NCBI GenBank assembly: GCA_958009085.1
Contig: OY253675.1
Coordinates: 310,001-374,000, forward strand
Direction of reading: 5' to 3'
DNA: 64,000 bases
Source: Protoeuglena noctilucae
Taxonomy: Eukaryota
The notes below the pieces were generated by a model. It worked only from the letters and a program-made list of their open reading frames with translations. It had not been told where the DNA came from and made no database searches. Both the position numbers and the translations under genes were made by a program. Shown here in pieces: positions 53,591-64,000 of the stretch (the first letter of the stretch is position 1; the number at the start of each line of letters is the position of its first letter).

Positions 53591-54071
53591 GGCTGCTCGA
53601 AGAGGCCCGAAGGATGGAGAGCGCTGTGACCGGAGCTGCTAAGCGGGTGCGTGATGAGATCTCACCCAAGCGGCCTCGTATCTGACAATCCCTTTCACGC
53701 CACGCGGTCGGGGTCGGGAAGTAAGCGGGGATGCTGGTCGCGTGGGCCAGAAGACACGCGACGCGTGTGCCAGCGACGCTAGGGTACGAGGACTCGCGCC
53801 ATCAGCCCTGCGCTTCTACCCGCTCGTGACTTCCAAACCAGCCCACTGCGCACAATATCGGCTCCACCCTTCCGAGAGACTTCATCCCTGTGTTTTGGAG
53901 CGGTGCGTGTGCGAGGACTCCTGCGTGGAATCCTGTGTCGACATGACGGTTGTCTTCCTGTCAATGTCCCGGTGGCATCCGGGCGCTGCGCTTGGGAGGG
54001 ATCCAAGCGATGGACCTGCGCGAAGGCAGTTCACCCAGTCGGTGCTCGCAGGAAGGACGTCGTCACGCGCC

Positions 54072-55985
54072 ATGACATCCCTGACGACGAGAGCGCTCCC
54101 CAGCAGAACGGGGAATGCTCACGAGCGCATCGCTCGCCCCCGAGGGTGAGAACTCCTGGTTGCTCTCCGCCGGAGACTTCGCGGACGGGAAGAACGCATT
54201 CTCGAGCTACGGGAAGGATCTGGATGATACTTTAGCTTTAATAAACTGTGTTCCATCGCCTACCGAGATCTCGCGCCCATATGCCTGCCCCAGCGCGCCA
54301 ACGCCCCCGCAACAACCTGCCCGCAGACGCGCCGCCGTCCCGTGTCGCGCCTCGGGCGGCACGCGCCGTCCGCCGGCAGGATCGCAGCCTCCCGACTTGT
54401 ACGGTGTTCCGGCGTACCCTGCCGTGACGGTTCCGATCGAGGGAGGAGGCCCGAAGGAAGGGGGCTGCACGACGGGTGCGCAGCACGTGACGGCCGGCGC
54501 AGCTGTGGAAGGGCATCGGAAAAGCGAAGAAACTGATCTTTATTGTCATTTCCCCACAGCTATCGTGACGTACGACAACGAGCGTGCCCCGTGCGCGACC
54601 ATCATCAACGTCTCGTGTCTCGACTACCCTGGGCTGCTGCGGACGATCGCCTGGGTCCTCCGGGGCCTCGATCTGCGCGTGGAGCACTGCATTTTGGACA
54701 CGAATGCCAACATGGCGGAGGACACGTTCTGGGTGATGGACAGCAAGGGCCGCAAGCTGTCGGACAAGGCGGCGGAGGGCGTGTGCGACCGCATCGGGTG
54801 CGTGGCATGGGGCTGCTCCGATGGCGATGGCTGCCATGCAGCAGTCACGACCCCCTGCCTGCGTGTCCCTGTGTTGCCGCAGTGACTACGCATCGCAGTG
54901 TTTCCCACACATATCATCACTGCCCCATCTGCCATATCCCTGTGTGTTGTATCGCAGTGACTACGTGTCGCAGTGCTTCCCCGCCACGTCCGCGGAGTTC
55001 AAGACGCTCCGCCACGGCAGCGTCGTGATCGACAATCAACTCGACAAGGACTTCTCGGTCATCCTCGTCGGGGTGGGCGAGGGGCAGGGTGAGGCTGGAG
55101 GTGGGCAGGGCTGCGATGTGTGTTGGCTGGAGACTGGGGTGGGGGAGTAACAAGGTGCCTGTCGCTACCGTATCATGACTGCCATAGCATGACTCGAGAT
55201 GCCCGCTACCTGAACCGTGCCTTGCCGTTGCCCCCGCAGCGCCGATGGCCACGTCCGGATACGTCAGCGACGGCATGCCCTCGATCGCGGAAATCGAGGT
55301 GGAGGACTTAGACCTGGCGACCATGCGGGGTGACTTGGCGTCCGCGTCGTTCGTTTGCGGGGGCGACCGTGGGACGTGGGGCGCCTTGGACCCAGCGGCA
55401 TTCCTCCTCGATGTCGCGTCGGCGGTGTCGGGGGCCGGGCTGCTCGTGCAGAAGGCGAGTGGGGAGGCAGTGGGGTGGGGGTGGGGGTGGCGAGTGGGGT
55501 AGGTTTGGTGTTGGTGGCGAGTGAGGGTGCTGTTGGTGCAGCGTATAGCCATACTCTCTTGTCGACCCCTCTCAATCTGTCTCGTCTTCTGTGCGCAGGC
55601 CGTGCTTCTGCAGTGGGACAAGTGCGACGCGCGGACCAAGCGACTGCTGACGGCGGTGGGGGCGGGGACGGGCAAGATGAAGGTGTTCAAGCTGTGGGTG
55701 AACGGTGAGCAGGAAGGGTCAATAAGTGTGTAGACTGAGCTTAGGGACGGGTTCAGTCAGGGTGGGTGCGATGGACACGGCAGCCATGCTGTGAGGTAGG
55801 CATGCGGCTGTCACGTAGCTTGTCCCTGTTCCCACCTCGCAGACGCCCGTGGTTCCAAGCTCGACTTCTCCTCTGCTTCTGGGGTCCTCTACACCCTCGA
55901 TTTGATCCTGAAATCCGGCGTGATGGTGCACAACTCGCCAACCAGTCCCCCCGGCGCCAGCTTCGGGGTCGGGGTTCGGTTTTGA
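54072..55985 (+). CDS. Plastid-targeted ACT-domain-repeat protein (ACR-like), spliced
   Basis: Transit-peptide-like start ending in VPCRA, an ACT domain TIINVSCLDYPGLLRTIAWVLRGLDLRVEH..DTFWVMDSKGRKL, and a second degenerate ACT (FLLDVASAVSGAGLLVQKA..FKLWVN|DARGSKLD). Confidence 0.75.
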
Positions 55986-56337
55986 GCGGCGCATCCTTTT
56001 CAAAGTATTTTTTGATGCTGTAAGGAGGCTGTTTGCGAATGTATCAGGGGCAGCCTGCTCCAGACGCAAGCAGGGCTGCTGCGCATGGATCACTCGTCAG
56101 TGCCACGTGGCAGCCCGCATGGCCGACGCTCGTTTCCAGCGTTTGTGGCAGGCTTGAATCCTGACGGGCCCGCATCCGCATCAGCGCATTCGAAAGCGCG
56201 GCACGCACACCCATCTCAAGCAAGCATATGCACCCCACACACGCCAGGTCTGCCCCAGCACAGCACAGCACAGCGCAGCGAGCGCGTCGAGGGACTTCGC
56301 ACCGCCACACGGCAGCTGCAGCTGCAGCGCCGCTCCT

Positions 56338-59172
<2,835 letters not shown>

Positions 59173-59473
59173 TTAGCGCCGAAAGGTCCTGATTTGCGCG
59201 GGGATCCAATCGCCAGCGACACAGATGCTTTAAAGGTGTCAGTGTATGCACTCTCCGCGCACCGCGGGCGCGCTCTTCATCGTCGTTTGCCAGCGCCAGC
59301 GCCGCCTGACAGCCCCCCCGCAAGTCCCCGCCTAAACCCCTCCGAGTCGCCTGTCATGCTGCAGTTCGCATAATGTGGCATCCATAAGCACTCTCTGCGA
59401 GGGCATCCTGCGCTTTGGCTGAACCTGTAGTCTGGTGGCAAGCACAGCCGCGTTCCTGCCCGGTGGTGCAAGG

Positions 59474-59961
59474 ATGTCGCACTACGACGAGGTGGACATT
59501 GCGGATATGGAGTGGAGCCAGGACCTGCAGGCCTACACGTACCAGTGTCCCTGCGGCGACCTCTTCCAAATCACCCTGGTGAGCCCCACGCCCGCCGCCG
59601 CCCTGAGCGCGCCTCCCGCAGCTTTCGACGCATTCGCATCTGTGTCGCCATGCGGTCGCGGCTCCCTCCGATAGCCTGGCCGGCCGCGCCGCCGCGGCCT
59701 GCTCGCTTCACGTGTGCGGCCGCTGGTTTCCTCCCGCGCGCACCGCCGCGTGCCCGCCCGCAGAGCTGTGCGCGCTGGCGCGGAGGTGTAAATAGTATTT
59801 ACAAACTCCCCGACTCGCAGGAGGAGCTTCGGGCGGGGGAGGAGATTGCACGGTGTCCCTCCTGCTCTCTCTTCGTCACGGTGGTCTACAACCCAGAGGA
59901 TTTCGCGCCAAAGGGCGGCGTCGAGGACGAGGGAGGCACCGGGGCTGCCGTCACGGTCTAG
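59474..59961 (+). CDS. DPH3: Diphthamide biosynthesis protein 3 / KTI11 (CSL zinc finger), 2 exons
   Basis: MSHYDEVDIADMEW..YTYQCPCGDLFQITL|EELRAGEEIARCPSCSLFVTVVY. Confidence 0.95.
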
Positions 59962-60767
59962 TTATGACCAGTCGAGCAGGTTTGTGGCGGCTGGCTCGGG
60001 CCTGGGGTGCAAAGCTTGTGCTGTCTTCTTTTGTACAAAGCATCCCTCGCTTCACTGTCCCGCAGCTCGCGTCATGGATTCGATATGGACACCCCCCCTT
60101 TCAGCCCTACTAGCACTACTCTGAGCGGCACATTCGCCACGCTCCGTGTACGTGGAGAGGCGTTTGCCATGCACGTAGGCACGCCTGACCGCCACGCTAG
60201 TTGAGTTCCACACGCACACTTCTAAACATACACAGATTGAATGCGAGTTCTCAACATGCACCCTGACTCCGCGCAAGGGTTGGGGCAGTGTCGTCGTTTT
60301 CATCGCAAGAATCTCTGAGCGTGTGGCATCACCGTTGCACGCGTCATTGGACAGGCCGAGGGCTCATCACGCCGGCGTGGCACGCCCCCTGTGCACGGCA
60401 GCAGACCAGCAGACAGGTGCGTGCGTCGAATAGCGTGGCTTCCCACCCTGCGGAGGCCGCGATGCTTAGATATCGCTATAACCTGTGCTTGGAGCGAGAA
60501 TGCACGGGAGGTTCCCCCCTCCGCGGGGCGTTTGGGTGCTTGGCAGGTCTCCGCCTTCCACAGGGTCTCCGAGCCTCAGCTATGCGCCGACGATGTGCCT
60601 AAGTTATGTATTCGACAAACCACTTCAATCACTATCGTTGTTTCGGTTCCGTTGATGCGCAGGGGCGACAAGGCAACCACCCTGCGGCGCCTCGTGCGCC
60701 AGGAGTCCGCTGGGTTGCGTCTCATGGACGGTTCGCTCAAGAGCCCGTCTCTGTAAGTCTCGACGCC

Positions 60768-62289
60768 ATGCCGGGGCAGCCGTTGGAGCACGCGGGTCCG
60801 GCAGACACGCCGGACCGGGAGCCCATTCTGAGCTACGTTGACCCGCCGACGCCGGACGGCGCGTGGGCCACGACGGATGATACGGTGAGTTCAATAGGCG
60901 ATTCGTCAACGCCCGGCGCTGCTTCGCCGGGGCCCGGCGGGCTCCTCGATCCTCACGCGCCGTGCCCTCGCCGCTGCAGCAGGTGCATAGCCATCCGAAG
61001 AAGAAGAAAGGCAAGATGGGCAAGGGTGTACGCCGAACTGCGTCTCGAATCGACAACAAATGGATGGTGGAACCGGGCACGCGAGGCCCCCGGCCGACAA
61101 GCCCCACGACGGCCAAGATGCTGGCGGAGGTGCAGGGGGCGGAGATCCTCACCAAAGGCATGATGCGGCAGGCCAAGAGCCACACGCCGGCCATGCCGCA
61201 GTATGGGCCTCCGCTGGGCGCCCAGCCCCGACGGCGCTTTCGAAATGAGAAGGAGATGGCGCAGTCCGTGGAGCGACTCCACCGTAGCGCCATGACGGTG
61301 CGTCTGGACACTTACATGGACATGCACGGCAAGACGGCGGGGTTCCGCAAGCGTCCCATGAGCGCGGCTCCGGGCGCCAAGGCCCGGCGCGCGACGGCTG
61401 GCGCCGAGCGGCCCTCCACGGCGCCTGCGGGTGGGCAGCGGTTCATGCAGGCCGGTGGCCAGCTCTTCCCTTATGGCGGGGAGGAGAAGAAGATATCGAC
61501 GGAGGAACTGGATAAGGTGACATGAGGCGTTTCTCTGCATCAGATTGCCTGGTTGTGGCGGGGCAAGTGCGATGGTGTTGCCCCACCGCTCCGTACGCAT
61601 GCCAGGTTGCCAAGGCGGCAGTGTTTGCTACCGCAACCCATGGTGACAACCACATGTTTGCTTTTCACTATGTCAACTTCGAATTGCCCTCACATGTGCA
61701 GATGGTCCAGCGCCTGTACGTGGTGCGGCAGCCGCCCTTGCCCCCCGACACTCCCGTGGGATGGACGCGGTACAAGCTGGAGGACGGGAGAATGAAGCCC
61801 TATTTCCACCCGGCCCCCAAGCTGAGGTAAGTTCCCCAGGTTGTGCCGTGTATGTCGACTAGGCTGGCCCTGTTGGTGGTCCTGTACTGCATGGTTTTGC
61901 CATCCATCCACCAACACTGTGTGTATGCTGAGGCTGGATGACCTGTTCTGGCTCAAGCACCGTGCTTTGGACTGAACGTCGTGCTGTGGAGCACATGTCA
62001 CCGTACGACGCGTGGTGCGGCCCTCGGTGCTTGCAGTGAGAAGGAGTACACGGCTCGGCTGGTGGAGTTCGACAAGCGGTGCAAGGAGCTGGAGGCTAAG
62101 ACGCGCGCCAAGCTGGAGCGCAAGTGGTTGGGGCCCCTGTGCAAGCCCAAGCTGTACCGGGGGCAGGACGGGGAGGCGGAGCGAGAGTCGCGGACCAATC
62201 GGCTGTTCAAGGGCGAGAGTACGCTGCAGAAAGAGGAGGTGCGGCGGGCCATCCACCAGCAGCGCAAGACGTGGGCGGAGGGCAAGTGA
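60768..62289 (+). CDS. Uncharacterised basic protein, 4 exons
   Basis: Frame-consistent GT-AG exons from MPGQPLEH to QRKTWAEGK*, with RPMSA/RPSTA motifs and recurring ERLH/QRLY/NRLF motifs. Confidence 0.65.
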
Positions 62290-62468
62290 TGGGGGCCCGT
62301 AGGCTGTCTGCTACGCTAGGGGGCGCGAGGGTGGCGCGGGGGTCGCGGGGTTCTGTCACGCCAGCTTATGGGCTGTCTCGATCGGGAAGATAGCCCGACA
62401 GGGGCCGTCATGGCCGCACAGGGGCCGCATAGCATCCGGGTTTAGCCGTGACGGCAACCTCATGTCGG

Positions 62469-64000
62469 CTAGTGTCGGTCCATTTCGCGAACGGTGACCA
62501 CGGTGCTCGGGCTCTGCTTGTTGAGGCTCGTGAAGAGCCATAGCTTGAAGAGGGTGTCGAGAAGGATGGGCACGAAACTTACGAAGAGGCCCTTGGGCAC
62601 GTCGCCCACGTCCCAGCCGTAGTGCTCGCTGCGACAACGCGGGATATCTACGATGAGCGATCGATGAGCAATCGCAAAAGCAGCGTAATTGTGAAGGGTC
62701 AAATAGCAAGGACCCTGCTTGATGCCCGAGATGCCGTGCGTGCATGTGATCAGTCAGAGTCTGTGCTCTCATTGTGTACAGGCCCGGGGTCGCGACTCAC
62801 CAGATGAGGTTGACGGCCGAGCCCCAGCCCTCCTCTGAGTGATACCCGCACACGATGTCAGCGGCGCTGATGATGATGAAGGCCTTGCCCGTGTCCGAGA
62901 GACCCCCGAAGAAGCGGCTCATGGTTCGGAAAAGCACGCGCCGACCTGGGAGCATTGGCCGACACAGGGCGGACTGTTTCGAGCCCTGCTGGGTACTGGA
63001 GGGACGCACCGACGCACCAGCGTATGTATCAATGCGTACACCACCTCATGACATGCGCTAGCATGTCTCGCTTGCGTCTCTCCACTGCACTGACCGACAG
63101 TGCACACTCACCGACCGTGTCACGGAAGAAGACGAACATGAAGACGACGCCGAACACGCTGTCCGACACCATGTTCTCGAGTTTGGATCGATTCTCACGC
63201 CGAAACTCCTCTGCGATTTCGATGGCCTCCTGCAGGCGACGATTGGCAAAGCCTGGTCGGGTATGTGTGATGCGATGCATGCGGGCGTGCATGAGCCACG
63301 GACGCTGCCAGCGGAGGAAGAGCGCAACTGATATGTGCTAGTCACGAGCGCAGCGACGCACCACCACTGCATCAGGCGTGCACCCACCTTGCGCAAGTCA
63401 TACTGCAGCTCGGCGTCCGTCAGCGGTGGCGCCTTGCCGATGCCCGCGTAAAATCGCAGACGGGCCTCGTGCTGCTTCACCTTGTGCGCCCCTTCTAGCT
63501 TCTGCTTGTCTGCGACACGTCACAGGGTTGGGGCCATGCGTCAACGCAACCATTGCACAGCAGCGGCGGATGGTGCAGGAGCTCCCGCAGAGCGCACCGC
63601 ACCTGACAGGGCAAACACCGTTGGATTGTTTTCTTGAAGAATTTCGAAACCCGGGTCGATGAAAAGCCAGCGGACGGACGAGGAGAAGATGAAGGGGATC
63701 AGGAAAAGGATGCCGGCGAACTTGACGGCCTGCCGCGACTCCCACTCGTTCGCGCGCATCTCCAATCTGTGTGCAGGAGAGTTTTGAGCATGTCGCCCGA
63801 GACTCCAGCATGCAGCGAGAGCGCAGCATGCCGGGGCAGGCCGCACCTTAAGTCCGCATCCACGGCCTCCTCATCCGGGTTGAGCTTGTCCACCCACGCG
63901 CGCACGTCGAGCATCGGGTTCAGGTACTGATCCCTACCCCGCTGCACGCGGTCCACGAGCTTCTCCCCTGCAGCGCACGGCGCAGCATCCGTGTGCATGA
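62469..64000 (-). CDS. Nuclear-encoded CemA/PcxA-like plastid envelope protein, 5'-partial, spliced
   Basis: FFGGLSDTGKAFIIISAADIVCGYHSEEGW, EHYG and LFVSFVPILLDTLFKLWLFTSLNKQSPSTVVT..MDRH* match the CemA C-terminal signature. Confidence 0.88.

Noticed and set aside
59331..59341. CCTAAACCCC as a telo-box or telomerase template
   Set aside because: It is a single imperfect match with no supporting context.
60655..60756. Short ORF ending 11 nt before ATG 60768 as a second bicistronic upstream gene
   Set aside because: It encodes a 33-aa peptide with no recognisable family and cannot be distinguished from a chance uORF.

Overview
This is GC-rich, intron-rich eukaryotic nuclear DNA. The gene content (plastid-targeted CcdA, ACT-domain and CemA-like proteins, sucrose-phosphate synthase, a WPP-type RanGAP) points to a green alga or other green-lineage organism. 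About 20 spliced genes are packed tightly, mostly as divergent pairs: DGAT1, RanGAP, mitochondrial uS9, a GLTSCR1-domain protein, CcdA, PRP16, HEATR5/SWEETIE, a Wali7/DUF3700 protein, a kinesin, SPS, an F-box protein, CRIPT, an ACT-domain protein, RUVBL1, DPH3, a CemA-like protein and four poorly characterised genes. A 200-N gap truncates both PRP16 and HEATR5. The most notable observations are: (1) the CRIPT stop lies only 8 nt before the F-box ATG, a candidate bicistronic locus; (2) GC-AG introns are unusually frequent (about 14 seen); (3) introns repeatedly contain copies of the adjacent exon end together with its splice site; (4) introns are G-rich at the 5' end and C-rich at the 3' end, with CTCAC-based microsatellites upstream of acceptors. 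Gene models were assembled by eye, family calls come from recognised motifs rather than searches, and CDS coordinates span introns.
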